64,000 nt of DNA, from NCBI RefSeq assembly GCF_009914755.1, contig NC_060934.1; one strand, given 5' to 3'. Of this stretch, positions 12,755-27,580 are shown one piece after another. The translations under genes and the position numbers were made by a program. Origin of the DNA: the human T2T-CHM13v2.0 reference genome, Homo sapiens. The notes under the pieces were generated by a model. It was not told the DNA's origin and did not search any database. It saw only the letters and a program-made list of their open reading frames with translations. Numbering within the stretch: the first letter of the stretch is position 1; every line of letters starts with the position of its first letter.

Positions 12755-13009
12755 TAGAGCACTCTTTATTCTCTTAGTGAACTATAACGATTATCTCTTC
12801 AATGTTATTTCTCCTCTGTTAGAAACATCAGAAAGTATGTTAAGTATGATATTCAGGTTCATTTCTATGCCTCTGTTTGATGACAAGCTATTTAAGTGAC
12901 AAGTGTTCCTCATGTACTAGTGAAACTTAGAAAAATAGAAAAGTATTGTAGTAACTTTAATCTTTGATAGCAGGCATCAGATTGCTTTTATTATAGTATG
13001 TTTTTTAAA

Positions 13010-13255
13010 ACTTATACCTCACATTTGTTGAACACCAGTTATATGGCAGCAACTATTGTAAGTGCTTTGGGTAGATGACTTATTTACTGCTCCCAGTAGC
13101 AAATATTATTTTTCCCATTTTGCAGATGAGAAAACTGCAACTTAGAGAGATTGCATAACTTGCTTAGGGTCTCATAACTAGAAAAGTGACTGAACCAGTA
13201 TCCACGTTTAGTTTCTGTGTTTTCGGAGTCTGCATAACCACTGCATGGTACTATC
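13010..13255 (-). mobile_element. MIR SINE
   Basis: cacatttgttgaacacc..cccattttgcagatgagaaaactg..aacttgcttagggtc. Confidence 0.8.
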
Positions 13256-13257
13256 TG

Positions 13258-13890
13258 TCTCTATTGCAAGTGACAGAATCTGAACTTAAGCCAAAAGTGC
13301 TGCTATTTAAGATTCTAGAAAATCTTAGATTTTCTAGTGCTAGTTTCCAGGAAAAAAAAAAAAATGCTGCCATAGTTATAGCCCAGAGATAGTTCTTTCT
13401 TTAGGAAGGGCAGAATCCAGGTTTCCACTTGGTGTCCCTTTTGCCCATTTTTATCTTGCTCACCATTTTTTGTCCTTGCTCTTCCCTGTGTTGCATTGGT
13501 ATAGAGTGTCTTACAGGTGGGATCTCTTGCCATGGTATTCCTGGCAGCTTCTCACAGCTGTGACTCAAGTGACAGGAGAGCTTTCTTTCCCAAAGTGCCC
13601 AGTATAAATTTGGGGTGGAGTCTCATTGGCCGGCTTTTCTAGGGGGCTATCCTCGAGCCAATCACAGTGGTGGGGGATAGAATATCTTGACTAATCAAAC
13701 TTGAGTCACATGACCACCCTTTGAGTTGGTAGAGCAGTGGACTGGTAAATTTCAGCTCTGTCCATGTTTTATGGACTGAGAGCAGTGGGTGTTCCTCCAA
13801 AGGAAAAGTGAGGCTTTTTTTTTTTTTTTTTTTTGATCAAAAGAAGGCAGAATGAGTGCTCGGTAGACAAAACCAATCGCTGTCCCCCAC
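13258..13890 (-). mobile_element. MaLR LTR (MLT1K-like)
   Basis: ttgcaagtgacaga (antisense MLT1 3' end), tctcattggcc, agccaatcacagtgg, gagtcacatgaccaccc. Confidence 0.7.
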
Positions 13891-14454
13891 GCTGCCTCTG
13901 CAATTTCTCCCCACGAAGATATTTTTCCCCTGGCCTCCAAAGAACTTACACTTTGCCATGTGGTGCTACCTCCCAAGAACTCTTCACTTATGTCTTAGAA
14001 AAATAAATACACAGCCAATTTGCAGATTATACCTTCCTTAGTTCTGCTATAAATTATATGACTTGTTTTTGGCAAAGCCTGAAGTCAAAGCTGGCTTCTT
14101 CCCCCTCCTCCTCACCAGCTCAAAGAATGAGTGGCATTCACTGAGGTTGTATACAGAAGGATGAATTTGCCCACCTGAAGGGGATAGCTAAATTTATGGG
14201 AAGAATTGCAACTTTTCAAATAGTTCCAAGCATTAAGGCCAAGATGAGGAGCCTATGGGCAAGTAGGAAATTCTTTTTTTTTTTTTTTTTCTATTGAACC
14301 CAGGCCAAACCTTCACTTATGGTATTTATGAAATCTGTGAATCTGGAGGAAACTCATTATGGTCACCTTAGCCACATTAAAATTCCAACAGTTTCTCAGC
14401 ATATCCCACACAGTTTGAAAACAGCATAATGTATAGAGTTCTGGCAAAAGCTGA

Positions 14455-14596
14455 TGAAAGAGGCAGTGGGAAAACACAACACTGGAAATCAAGAAGTGTG
14501 GGTTCTAGGCTCAGCTCTGGCCCTAACCAGCAGGGTGGTCTCAGGCTGGTCCCTTTGTCTTTCTGAGTCTTTGTTTCCTCCTCTATAAATTAAGGA
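14455..14596 (+). mobile_element. MIR/MIR3 fragment
   Basis: tgggttctaggctcagctctggccctaaccagc..tttcctcctctataaa. Confidence 0.65.
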
Positions 14597-15360
14597 TTCA
14601 GTTTCTACGGGTTATTATGTGCTGAGAAACCATACCCCAGCTCAGATATTCCCTGAAAACAGAATTCACTGGGGCTTTGGAACTTCTCTCTAGAGATAAA
14701 CAAATCTTGTGTCAAATCCTTTCGATATTGTTATTCCAAATCTTTTTGGAATTTTTACTCCTGGCTGTGATTTGCCTGCTTAGTACTATGCTCTTCTCTC
14801 TATAAATATACTGTATAGATTTGCTTTCACTATTTAAGAATGTGCAGTTGATTTTATTTTGAGAACCTTAAAAAGAGTTCAAGACTTTAATTGATATAAC
14901 TGAAAGCATCTCAAACTTTGAGAATTCCCAATTCAAATCATTCATTGAGTAAAACTCTTTTGAGAATATTCTCAAGGCTTAAGTACTCTGTAGTCAAGCT
15001 TCCTGGTGCTTATTCAGTTTTTAGTTGGGCCACTATGTTGGGTTTTTTGATTCCTTATGAAAAGTCTGGGTGGCTTTCCTGCTATTTCCCAAAATGAATG
15101 CATTTTAAAAATCTTGTTTGTTAGAAAATTGAATGTGGGCTTTTCATATGTATACATTCATTCATCACTTATTGAGTGCATATTAGCTACTAGGTATTGT
15201 GAAAAGAATAAAGTTAGTAGCACAAATTTAAATAGCTCTGGCAAAAGAAGGCTCTTTTGAAAGTAGAGGCATAATTGGACACTAATTTCTTGAATGCTGA
15301 TTCAGTGAAGCATAATTCACTTGTTACTACTAACTTCCCTTTTCTTACAGCCTGTTATAC

Positions 15361-16033
15361 TTAAATTTTTGTTTACATTGTGATATAATTCAAATAACAT
15401 AAAACTCATCATTTAAAAATGTGCACTTTAGTGGCTTTTAGTTTATTCACTAAATTAGTTTAGTTTGTGCAATCATCCCTACTGATTCCAGAACATTTCT
15501 GCCACCCCAAAAAGAAACCCCATACCCATTAGTAGTTAGTTCTGATCCCCACTCTCCCATCCCTTGACAACATGCATCTACTTTCTGTCCCTATGAATTT
15601 GCCTATTTTGGACATTCATATAATGAAATCATGTAATATATGATGTGTTATATCTGTGGTGTCTGGCTTCTTTCACTTAGCATGTTTTCAAGGTTCATCT
15701 ATGTAGCAGGTAATTGTATTTCATTCCTTTTCATTGCCAAGTAATATTCCACTGTAAGAATATGCTACATATTGTTTATCCATTCATCACTAGATGGACA
15801 ATTGAGTTATTTCCACTTTTTGGCTATTATGAATAATGCTGCTATGAACATTTGGGTACACGTTTTTACGTGAACATATGTTTTCAATTCTCTAGGTATA
15901 TACCTAGTATTGAAACTGCTGAGTTATTTGATAATTCTATGTTTTTTGTTTTGTTTTGTTTTGTTTAACATTTTGAGGAACTGTCAAACTGTTTTTTCCA
16001 AAGTGGCTGTACTATACCAGTTTATATTCCCAT
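15361..16033 (-). mobile_element. L1MB-type LINE-1 3' end
   Basis: ttccagaacatttc..caccccaaaaagaaaccccatacccattag, ctactttctgtc, ctggcttctttcacttagcatg, ggctattatgaataatgctgctatgaacatt. Confidence 0.9.
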
Positions 16034-18072
16034 CATATATATAATAAAAATTAAATATTTGTAACTTCTCCAGGACTTAGGATAGTTTTCTTCCCAGTTT
16101 ACTGATGATTTCAGTAAGGCAATAAACTGAAAAATGGTTTGCCAGAGACCAGATCCTTGGTTTATTCATTTCTTCAGTATTCATTGAGCCTCTATTTTGT
16201 TTCCAGTATTGTTTCTAGTACTGTGGTTACAGAGATAAATGAAACATGTTGTCTATGAGACACTGAGTCTTAAGTCTGTAAAATTTCTTTTGGAATCTTT
16301 AAAAATGGCAAAGACTCCCACTTGTGTGACTTGGTTTAGGTGGCATCTGCCCAGAACCAAAGGATGAACTGGATCAAATATCTGTCAGTACTGAACGAGT
16401 TTCTAATGGTGATCCTTAAATGTAGATCCAACTTCCTATTCTACATGATAAACTATCAATTTATATTTTATTTTCTTAACAGGGAAAATGTGTGAGCATC
16501 TGGCATTCGCTGTTTCTCTGAAACAATTTTATCATGAAATCATCTAATCCCAGGAATTTGGGAATAAGTGTATAACTTAAGTGGAGATAAAATAATAGTC
16601 CTGGGCCGTTGTATGATTCTTCACCTTTTCTAGAGTCATATTGTGTATGTTACCCTGTCCCGTGTCTCATTTGACCACAGTCCTGTAAGGTAGGCCAGGA
16701 AAGCACACATTATTTCCATTTCATGGATGATAACTGAACCTCAGAGTAATTTGCCCCAGGTCACAAGAAGGAGCCAGAAGGAGACACCTTGCTAAAGCAG
16801 TCATTCCCATATACTATTCCTTGGAGTGGCGCCAGTATTGGATAGCATTTTCACTGATGCATGAGGAAATGAAAAAGAAAGGGCAAGGCAGTGAGGTTTT
16901 TCACATCACTACATTTATTCAATTTTAAGAACAGTCTTTTATTCCAAAATTAAGTCTGTTTTATTTTTATGTTGGTAAAATGTCTCTTTTCTTTACTGAA
17001 ATGTGGTGATAGTGGATAGTAACTTTTCCTTATTTTAATTTTTATTTGGCAAGACAAAATATTGGCAATCTCTATTAAAAAAATATATATATACCATTCC
17101 ATGAAATCTGCCTCAGAAGGGTCAGGCCTGGTTCAATCTTTCCTGGTTAATCACGTTGTATTTTCTTGTGAGCACTCTGCCCTAGGTAAAGTAGAAATTA
17201 TGTTCTCTTCCAGACATGGCCATCTTTCACATGTGCCTGTGTCACACACGACCTTAACATCCAGTCTCCTGGTTTTAGCTAAACCCTCTTGGACCGCTAT
17301 ATTTCACAGATTCACAGATCGGTGGGAAAATATATAACCATGCAGGCAGAATGACTTATTCAGTCCTTCAGTTTCTAATTGTGAGTAAATATGTCTTACT
17401 GTTGGCTTTGTTAATTATTCTCATGACTTTTTGGAGCAGGGCTTGGGTATGATTTTTTTCTAGTAAAGTGCAATTGGCTTGTATTTGAAAGGATGTAGTA
17501 ATTATTAATTTTATGCATAGATCTCTTTCTAGTGGAAAGCAAGACTTGAACCAGCTAGGTTAATTAACTTGCCCACATAACCTACTAATGTGAGGAACTA
17601 GAAGTGGAAAGACTTCTACTCCTAAATATTACTCATCAACTTCAAAGTGTAATCATGGGACCTGCATGCAAATCACCAATGGAAAAAATCCACTAGACTT
17701 TTGAGAAACATTGAGCAAAAATATGTAGTAGGATTGGAGCCTTCTGAAGTCCCCCTTGGTTGCTCCCCAGGGTTCATGTGAGGGAAGAAGGGGTTCCTGA
17801 GTGCCAGATACCCCCTACACTAAAGGACATTCAGAAGTGTTAGGTGAAGTGGGGTGCTACCCTCAAATAAGTTTGGAGAAAGAGAAAATTAAACAAAATA
17901 AATTCTATTATGTAAAGTAGGAATTTGAATTTAATTTGTTACAGTGTATTGTAAATACCTAAGAGTAAGAAAGGTGCAACACTCCTCAACCTTTTGGTCT
18001 ACAGAATCACCCCATTTTCCCAGTTGCTCCTCCTTGCTTCTTTCAGATGTCTCAGAACTAGACTTCTGCAGA

Positions 18073-18285
18073 AGGTACTGCTTTAAGTGTGTTCTCACTA
18101 CCTCCTTATTTGAGTCTCATAACAGCCCTATGGGTGGTAAAATTTTCATTCCCATTTTACAGATGAAGAACCCAAGGCACAGAAAGGTTAAGAAACTTAC
18201 CCAAAGTCACACAATGGCAAGGCTTGTATTCAAACCAGGCTCTTGGCATCTGAGGTAGTCTGAGAGCTCCTGCGCTGTGCTGCCT
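18073..18285 (-). mobile_element. MIR SINE
   Basis: cccattttacagatgaagaacccaaggcacagaaaggttaagaaacttacccaaagtcacac. Confidence 0.85.
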
Positions 18286-20669
18286 GCTATTGCAAAACAG
18301 TTCTCTTCTTTGTTGTCTTCTTTTTTCTTGATGACAGTGCGTTGCCTCATGTAAACAAAGTTAGTAATCTAACTAGAAAATAAACTGAGACTTTCACTAT
18401 CCTCTGTGTGTTGGTGAATCCATTGCAGGTGTGATGGGAAGACCATGAATTTGGAGTGAAACATATCTGAGCCCACCTTGTTTTCCCAGCCACTTCTCCT
18501 GGTGTAAATTTGACTAGTTAGTTAACTCTAGGAGCCACAACTAATTCTTTGTACATTAGAGACAATAATGCTGTGACCCATCTTTTAAAGGAGTTGGCCT
18601 GGGAATATAAGTAAAGGCTTGGGGAGAGGACGGTTCATGGCCCACACCATAGGCTCTGCAAGGATATGTTTGTTATCTTTCCCTCTGTCCCACCCACCAC
18701 CACCCTCTCCTACTCAGATGCTCATGTATGCTTGTTTTTCTCAAATGCTATGGATTTCCCCCCCGACTTATACTCACCTGCAACTTTATACAGAAACAAG
18801 AGTTATGGGGAAACCCCACGAGAAGCAGTACGGCATAAAACAATGAATTCAGAAAGGAGGCAAGGGTCCAGTGCAATGTTGTCTTAGGAAATTGGAAACA
18901 GCATTGAATCAAAAGAGTGGGTCCAGAGAAACCTGATTGTCCCCAATGGCCTCTTATACTAAAGGGAAATAAAAAATTGGAAAGAAAGGACAGACACTGG
19001 AGAATGAATCCTATTTCCTGTGTGCTGCAGGTTGAAGAAGCAGGAGAGCTGTGGGCTGGGGAGTCCTCTCTTGTGTGTGATCATGCCACCTGGGTTGGTC
19101 ACACTGGCCTAAGGAACTTTCCCGATACCCCAGGATGCTCTCTTCAGATGACCCCAGGAATTTACCAAATTCAAGGAGTTGTCTTTGCTTCCCCAGTTTG
19201 GTTTTAAGAATGTGAATGTGGATTATAATTCCTTCTATTACTCAAATACTAGTCATCATCAGGAGAGATGGCTTCATATACTAGATAGCTATATACTCTA
19301 TGTCTCCTCGGCAAAACTGAATATGTTTATTAGCAAGTAAATAGCACTGATTTAAAGAACTCAGCATTTTAAAAATTCTTTAATACTTTAATTTGAAGGA
19401 TAAAGCAACAATATTAAAGATAATTTTGAAAATAGAATAAAAAAATCATGACTCTGCCAGCTTAAATTTCTGTTTTATTTTTATATATTAGATTTTATTG
19501 TTTTCCTTCTCATACAGACTTTTTTCATTATTTTAATCATAGAGCGTATTCCATTAGGTATATCATGGACCTGAGAATGTGCATCTACTTTTTTTAATAA
19601 TTATTCCTTTAATGGTTTATGTAGGAGGGGATAATATAGGTCCCTCTTAGAAATGGAGAATGAGTGGCTCTCAGGGACAATTAATAATGATGTGACATTA
19701 TTTGCTAAATCATGTCCCTATTGGTGATTGTTAACAGTTTTATGCAATTGTAGATTATCCTGTGTAGCAGCTAAGAAGTGCTTATAGCTACTAGAAATAG
19801 AGGCTCACCTATAGTATCTTAAACACATTACAAAAAAAAACCCAATGTACTCTGTTCAGGGCTGGTCTGGTGTTGCAAGAAGGCATCAGCGGCCTAGCCT
19901 TCATTCGTTTTTCAAAAAGGGAGGTTTGCCATGCTTTTTGCATTGCTTTCAAGTTTAAAGTCACAATATGGTGCTGCTTGCATGATAGCCATAATGTCTG
20001 AATTTTAGGCAAGAAATGGGAAAAAGAGGGGAGGCAAAAGATTCCCTTTTCAACCTCCACCCACACTCTTTTCCCTTTAAAAGAACCTCCCCAAAAGTTT
20101 CATGTCAAATAGGTTCATTAGCTGTGGCATTGGGTAAGTTACAAAAACTCTTTGAGACTCAGTTTCTTAATTTCTATACAGAGAGTAATAATGTCTACCT
20201 CACTGGGTGTATGTGAAAGAACACTGCTAATCCAAAAAACGCTGTGCAATTTCAAGAGTTAAAATAACACTTGTAGTCCAATGCAGGCTGCAATAACTGA
20301 AATATTTCATATGCCTGTGTTCTTGCTGCAGAAGAACACATTGCAGTCATTTAAGATCACCCCCTTTCCCCACCCTAGAGTGCATTTAGGAAGGAGAGAA
20401 AGCAGAACTAGACCATGTTTGGTTAATGTCAAAGGGAAGTTTGAAAGCTACGAGATTCCAGGCAGTGGTAGAAGTAATGAAACCCCAAAGTCTCTCTGTG
20501 TTTCTTGCTGCCCTTGCTGTCTTGGAGGGGAATGTTACGCAGTGGAAATGGGACACTCCTAAGTTCAGAGGGAAACAGTCTTGACACAGGTGGTTCCCCA
20601 AGAACCTACAGGCCTCCAAGCCAATGGGCAAACTCCCCCATGGGTGGAGTGGCCCTTGTCTCAGTATCA

Positions 20670-20770
20670 AAAAATTGTAATCTCTCTGAGGGTAGGGACC
20701 CTATCTCTATTCACCTCTTTATCCAATGCCTGACACCTAGAAATCCTCAGTAAAAATCTATTTATTAATT
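20670..20770 (+). mobile_element. L2 3' tail
   Basis: ttgtaatctctctgagggtagggacc..ttcac..tgcctgacac..ctcagtaaa. Confidence 0.65.
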
Positions 20771-20909
20771 CTGCCCCACTTATAAGACCGGCTCTGAACA
20801 CTGGGAGTCAGCCTTGCGAGTGACCTACTTAAGTCCTCCTGACCCTCAGCCCCCATTGCTGACTGCAGCTAAGAAGAAATACCTTGGGTTGGTGCATATT
20901 TTGGAATAA

Positions 20910-21105
20910 AAATAATTATAATGATAGTTATAGCTAACCTATTGAGCGTTTACTGTGTGTAGGCACTTAGTACTTTACATATTGTAACTCACTGAATCCT
21001 TCCTTCTACCTTACAATAATAGTAGGTATAATGCTCATTCCGCAGAAGAGGAAACATGCTCAGATAGGGCAAGTAATTTGTCTAACGTCACAAAGCTAAG
21101 AAAAT
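20910..21105 (-). mobile_element. MIR SINE
   Basis: tagctaacctattgagcgtttactgtgtgtaggcact..cagaagaggaaac..gtcaca. Confidence 0.75.
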
Positions 21106-21254
21106 GAGAAACCAGCTCAAAATTATTAAATCTGAACATAGATTTTCTTGGGAAATTACTGTTAAATTTCTCAAATAGATTGTAAGTGACCTTTAGAGAC
21201 CTTCATTTCACTTACTTCATTTATTTATACATGACCCACCGAAGGCAAAGCATT

Positions 21255-21410
21255 TAGTTTCTTTAAGCGCAAGTTTCGTCATCTGAAGAATGGACAAATA
21301 ATAATACCACCTCCCCCACCCCACCCCAGAGTTTCTGTGAGGATTAAATGAGATAATGCATATGCAGTGCCTGGCCCATAGTAGATGTTCAGTATATTTT
21401 TTACCATCAT
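21255..21410 (+). mobile_element. MIR SINE 3' half
   Basis: gtgaggattaaatgagataatgcatatg..gtgcctggcccatagtag. Confidence 0.8.
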
Positions 21411-21435
21411 TTGTTAATTTGACAAGTAGTCAAAT

Positions 21436-21560
21436 TAGTGATGCACATCAGAATCATCAGTGGAAACTTTTCAAATATTGAGGTCTGGGTCCCAAAGTGG
21501 GGTATTTTGAAAAGTTCCCCAAGTGATTCTGATTCACATTCCCTTATGAGAATCACTGCT
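21436..21560. mobile_element. MER5A-like DNA transposon fragment
   Basis: gcacatcagaatca..aagttccccaagtgattctgat..tgagaatcactg. Confidence 0.65.
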
Positions 21561-21569
21561 GAATGTGAC

Positions 21570-22530
21570 CAATATTCATTAAGGAAGCATTTTGCTCAAG
21601 GCATTTTGCTGTGTGCTAAGAGAGGTGTCAGATGCACAATAATGGCAAAAGTCACATAAAAATAAGTAAATTACTATGAGAGATGAGTGAGTCCTCCTGC
21701 AGCAATCAGGAAAGTCCTCATAGAGGCAATCACAGTGGGCTGGGCTTGAAGGCACAGCAGGGTTAGCTTGCCAAGAATGGTGGCAGGGCAGTGAGTGAAG
21801 GTAAGTGGCATGATGGTGCAAATAATGTCACTGGTGCCACTACTGGCTGGGACATGGAGTCTGGGGAGAGTCGGGAGATGAAGCCAGGTGGTTGGCTGCA
21901 GTCAGAGAATGGAAGCTCTTGGACTTCTGACCAGTTGGGTTTGCACTGCATTTAGAGGACCACGACAAGCCATTAAGATTTTCTGAGCCAGAGAGGGAAA
22001 TGCTCAGAACTATCCTTTCACCTGTTAAGTCTGGCACTCAAATAAATTAGAAAGTATAGAACCCAAAGGCAAGAAATGAGCAAGGCCAGAGACATCTGTT
22101 GCATCAGCCCAGGCCTCAGAATAGGAGCTTGAACTAGGCAGGGTACTGACAGGTGGTTAGGCTAAAGGAACAACTATATAAACCTGGAGACTGAATTAGC
22201 TGTTGGGGGAGGGGTGGTGAGAGGAAGAAGAAGTGAAGATGACTTTGAGATTTGAGCCTGCGTGATGGGAAGAACAGCACTGTGACCAGAAAAAGGGAAG
22301 TGGGGGTATGAGCTGGGTGGGGGGAGGGAAGATGATGAGCTGAATGTGTTGAGCTGGAGATGCCTGGGCACAAGGTACACATATCTAGGAGTTAGGTGGC
22401 ACTGTGGAGCTTAAAGGAGAGATCAGGGCTACACACAAACAAATAAATAGAACACAAAGTGAGTCAGCTGCACTGAGGGGTGTCGCTTCAGCCTTGGCAA
22501 TGGTAGAACTCTGTGGGAAGGAGAGTAGAG
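21570..22530 (-). mobile_element. LINE-2 fragment
   Basis: caggaaagtcctcatagagg, agccattaagattttctgagc, gagatttgagcctg, atgtgttgag..gagatgcctggg, ggagagatcagggct. Confidence 0.7.
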
Positions 22531-22874
22531 CAGGGATTCTTAACCAAAGATCTGTGGATAGGATTTTTGTTTGAGGGTGTCTGTGAACTTTTTAACATTT
22601 TAAGCAGAATATTACTATGTATATTAAAAAGCCCACAATCTCATTGGATAAGTTACTCTAAACAAGGTTAAAACCTACTAATATATATATAGGAGAGGTG
22701 GGCTGAGATGCTTCTCATGGAATTTTCACATCGTAGGTAGGAACAAAATATTCCAGCCAATCTCTGCAGTCTTGACTGTCATACCTCAGACTGTGGTGGC
22801 TGTTTTATTATTATTTTTTTTAATCAGGGCCAGACTGTTTGGTCAAGATTGTCTTAAAAATGTTTCTTCTTTCC

Positions 22875-24147
22875 AAGATATTCAATGGGGAAAGAATAAT
22901 CTTTCCACAAGTGTGGTGAGATAAGTGGATATCCACATGCAAAAGTATCCATCTGGACCCTCTGACTCTCACTAAATACAAAAGTTAACATAAAATTGGT
23001 CAAAGACCTAACTGTAATAGCTAAAACTATAAAACTCTTAGAAGGCAACATCCTCAAAGACATAATTTTTGTGACCTTAGTTTGGCCAATGATTTCTTAG
23101 ATATGGCACCTGAAGCCCAAGCAACCAAAGAATAAACTGAACGTCATCAAAAATTCAACTTTTGTGTTTCAGGGACACTATCAAGAAAGCAAACAGACAA
23201 CCCATAGAATGGTAGAAAATATTTATAAATTATATGTCTGATAAGAATCTAGAATATGTAAAGAACTTTTACAATTCAACAATAAAAAAATACAGTTAAA
23301 AATAGGCAAAGGATTTGAATAAACATGTATCCAAACAAAATATAAAACAGGCCAATAAGCACATGAAAATATGCTCAACATCATTAGCCATCAGAAAAAT
23401 ACAAATGAAAACCACAATGAGATACTACTTCACATTCACTAGAATGGCAATTGTCATCATGATCATCATCATCATCAGATAATATCATGTGTTGGCAAGG
23501 ATGTAGAGAAACTGAAATCCTCTTACATTGCAGGTAGAGAGGTAAAAATGGTACAGCTACTTTAGAAAAACAATTTGGCAGTTTTTCAAAAAGTTAAATA
23601 TAGAGTTACCTATGACCCAGAAATTTTGTTTTTAGGTATATAACCAAGATAATTGAAAACACATGTTTACACAAATAATTATATGCAAATATTTATAGCA
23701 GCATCATTCATAATAACCAGAAATAGAAACAACCTAAATGTCCACTAATTGATGAATGAATAAATAAAATGTGGCATATCAACACATATGGAATATTATT
23801 TAGCCATAAAGAGGAATGAAGTACTGATACATGCTACAACATGGGTGAGCCTTGAAAATATCATGCTAAGTGAAAAAAGCCAGACATAAATGGCAACATA
23901 TTATATAATCCCATTTAAATTAAATATCTAGAATAGGTAAATCCATAGAGACAAAAAGTAGATTAGTGGTTGTCAGGAGCTGGGGGAGGAGAGGAGTTGG
24001 GAACAATAGCTAATGGGTACAGAGCTTCTTTTTGGGGTGATGAAAATATTCTGGAATTAGATAATGGTGATGGCTGCTCAAACTTGTGAATATACTAAAA
24101 ACTACAGGTGGATTTTATGGTATGTGAAATTATACATCAATAAAAAA
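22875..24147 (+). mobile_element. L1MB-type LINE-1 3' portion (ORF2 C-terminus relic plus 3' UTR)
   Basis: attcaatggggaaagaataatcttt, aagacctaa, aaaactataaaactcttagaag, aaaccacaatgagatac, ggggtgatgaaaatattctggaattagat; ends caataaaaaa. Confidence 0.92.
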
Positions 24148-24369
24148 TTTCTTCTGTCTTCTCAGTTTTTGGTTGTCCTTATTTGGGATGAAAATAATGT
24201 CCATTATCCAAGAAGAAGGAAGAGCATGAACAGTTACAGAGGAGGAAAAGTAAAGACAGTTGTTAGGGAATGGTAGATTTGGATGGAACATAGGTGTATG
24301 TATGGGAGAATCAGGAGAGGAAGCTGAAAAGGTTAAGTTAGGACCAGAATAGTAAGTAAGTTGGTCAGT

Positions 24370-24730
24370 CACTGGGTGAGTCACAAATATTTGAGGACTT
24401 ACTCAGTGTCAGCCACTGTTCTGGATATGTGAACAAAAAGACCTGGTCCCCACCAACACAGGGTTGAGCAGTCTAGCTCTGGTGACATTAAACAAATACT
24501 TAAGAAATCATGAGGGTGTGAAGGGTGGGAAGTTGAGAGTGCCATAGGAACATGTTATGGGGGAGGCTACTTGGTGTGAGGGAATCCTGGAATGTTTTCC
24601 AAAGGAGCAGTTAGAGGTGAGAAGGGTCTAACTTGCTAGTGGATTTTAACCAAATAAGTAGGCAACTGGGAGCCCTTTAAAGGGGTCATGGCTGGTGAGA
24701 TACATAATCAGAGCAGTGCCATAGGAAGAT
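24370..24730 (-). mobile_element. L2 fragment
   Basis: acaaatatttgaggacttact..cactgttctgg..gtgaacaaaaagacctggtccc. Confidence 0.6.
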
Positions 24731-25601
24731 TTAGCCCGTCATGGTTCTTAAACTCACCATACAAGCCTTTTTGGGGTGGCAGTCTTGCTGAAACACCATG
24801 TACTGCCAGCAAAGCAGGGGAAAGACGAACCTTCCTCCAAAAGTGAAGGTTTGTGTGCTGTGTTTAGAGGACCTCTCTGGTATGCTTGCTCATCTTTCCA
24901 GAAGTTACTGGAGAAACGACACCAGTGACCTTTCATGAGAAGATGATGGACTAGCACAGCAGCCCTCTCTTCCTACTCATCATGGAAAGCAACTAACCAA
25001 GGGACTTTCTTGGTTTATTTATTTACTTTTTGGTCAGGCAGATAGAAAAGTCATCATATAGCTTCAAGTTTCAGGGTTACTTCTTCACCTTTAATTTGCC
25101 CCAATGGGAATTGTCAAAAAGAAGTAAATCATGACATATATATCCTTTAAGTGTGTGTGTGTGTACCTGTGTCAGGGAGAGTTGGAGAACAGAGCATTGA
25201 AAACAATATTGTTAAATACACACACTGTATATCATATATTAAATATTTGTTACATATATTTAACAGTATCATTCTCTCCTTCCCCACCATATATATATTC
25301 ATTCATTTATCATTGCCCTTTCTTATAGAAAGGTCTCTAAGTTCTAGTCACAACAAGACTGAAAAAAGACGCAGAGGCTGAAAAAAGCAGAACTGCAGCC
25401 TTGAACCTCATGCTTTACTGACTGGCCATAGTGTTACCCTTGATGTAAAGACTAAGTTTTAGTTTTGATGTCCAAAGGTGAAGGGAGTGTTTGTCCTTCT
25501 GACCCGGAGCACAGCTTCCTAAAATTGTTCTCTTGACTCTTGGAGGAGGATCCACTGGAGTTCACTACTGGCCACTTCCACAGCAAGATATTTAAAAAAA
25601 A

Positions 25602-26308
25602 ATTTTTTTATTTCCATAGGTTATTGGGGAACAAGTGCTGTTTGGTTACATGAGTAAGTTCTTTAGTGGTGATTTATGAGATTTTGGTGCATCCATCACC
25701 CGAGCAGTATACACTGCACACAATTTATAGTCTTTTATCCCTCACCCCCTTCCCACCCTTTCCCACGAGAGTCCCCAAAGTCCATTGTGTCATTCTCACG
25801 CCTTTGCATCTTCATAGCTTAGCTCCCACTTATGAGTGAGAACATAACGATGTTTGGTCTTCCATTCCTGAGTGACTTCACTTAGAATAATAGTCTCCAA
25901 TCTCATCCAGGTCCTGCGAATGCCGTTAATTCATTCTTTTTTATGGATGAGTAGTATTCCATCATACTACTCACACCACAGTTTCTTTATCCACTCATGG
26001 ATTGAAGGGCATTTGGATTTGTTTCATGTTTTTGCAATTGTGAATTGTGTTGCCATAAACATGCGTGTGCAAGTGTCTTTTTTGTATAATGACGTCTTTT
26101 CCACTGGGTAGATACCCAGTAGTGGGATTGCTAGATCAAATGGTAGTTCTACTTTCAGTTTTTTAAGGCATCTCCACACTGTTTTCTATAGTCATTGTAC
26201 TAGTTTACCTTCCCACCAGCAGTGTAGGTGTGTTCCCTGTTCACCACATCCATGCCAACATCTATTATTTTTCTATTTTTTGATTATGGCCATTCTTATA
26301 GGAGAAAG
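25602..26308 (-). mobile_element. L1PB1-like LINE-1 3' end (5'-truncated)
   Basis: tttccataggttattggggaacaagtg..ttggttacatgagtaagttctttagtggtgattt..gagtccccaaagtccattg..gatacccagtagtgggattgct. Confidence 0.9.
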
Positions 26309-26340
26309 GAGCCAAAGACTTTTAATTCTTGTCCCACGAT

Positions 26341-26848
<508 letters not shown>

Positions 26849-26884
26849 GCTCTGGTTCCATGCCACCATGCAAGGTTGGCCTAA

Positions 26885-27030
26885 CGCAGCGGCAGCAGGA
26901 CTATCGTGAAGTCAGGTTTAGAATTAAATCCTGGCTTAGCAACTTGCAAACTGTGTGACAGTAGCCAAGTTACTTAGCCTCTCTGAGCTTCGTTTTCCTC
27001 ATTTTCCATAAGGGGATAATAATATCCACA
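26885..27030 (+). mobile_element. MIR SINE
   Basis: aaatcctggc..ctgtgtgac..caagttacttagcctctctgagcttcgttttcctcat..ggggataataata. Confidence 0.8.
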
Positions 27031-27364
27031 CAAGTTGCCGTCCCAGATTTCATTTAACATAGGTCCCTTCACTGCCCTATCTCACTAGTTTGACTCATTT
27101 AGAGATTATAGGCATAATGTCAGGGAGAGGGGAGGGATTTGAGGGAAAAGAGAACTTCAAAAAAAATTTTTTTAAGCTTCTTAAATCCTACCTCATAGGA
27201 GGAAAAAAAGACAACAAAACACCATTATTAAGGGCTGACCATGTGCTAGGCCTTGTCAGTGCTAAGAAGAGTACTTTTCAGATCCAATGTAACTCAACGC
27301 TTCACTCACTTCACAGACTCTCCCCTGGGCCCTGTGGTTGGGCTTCCTGTTTCCACATCAAAAT

Positions 27365-27580
27365 TTAGTTCAATGAGCATTTGTGAAGGGCCAGCCAGGC
27401 ACCAGGCTCTATGGGAGGTCCTGAGTGGGTGAGAGGACACAAATGTGGATGACAGGTAGGCCTGGGCTCAGGGAGCTCTCCATCTACTGAGGGACACAGG
27501 TCTGGGTATAACTACAATATGGACCAAGTACTGTGGGAGCTCAGGGGAGGGAGAGACTAATTCCAACAGATGAAAAAGAA
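27365..27580 (-). mobile_element. L2 fragment
   Basis: gttcaatgagcatttgtga..gccaggcacc..cagggagctctccatcta. Confidence 0.6.

Noticed and set aside
16482-16570. Strong-looking acceptor ttttcttaacag
   Set aside because: All three frames stop quickly and no convincing donor follows.
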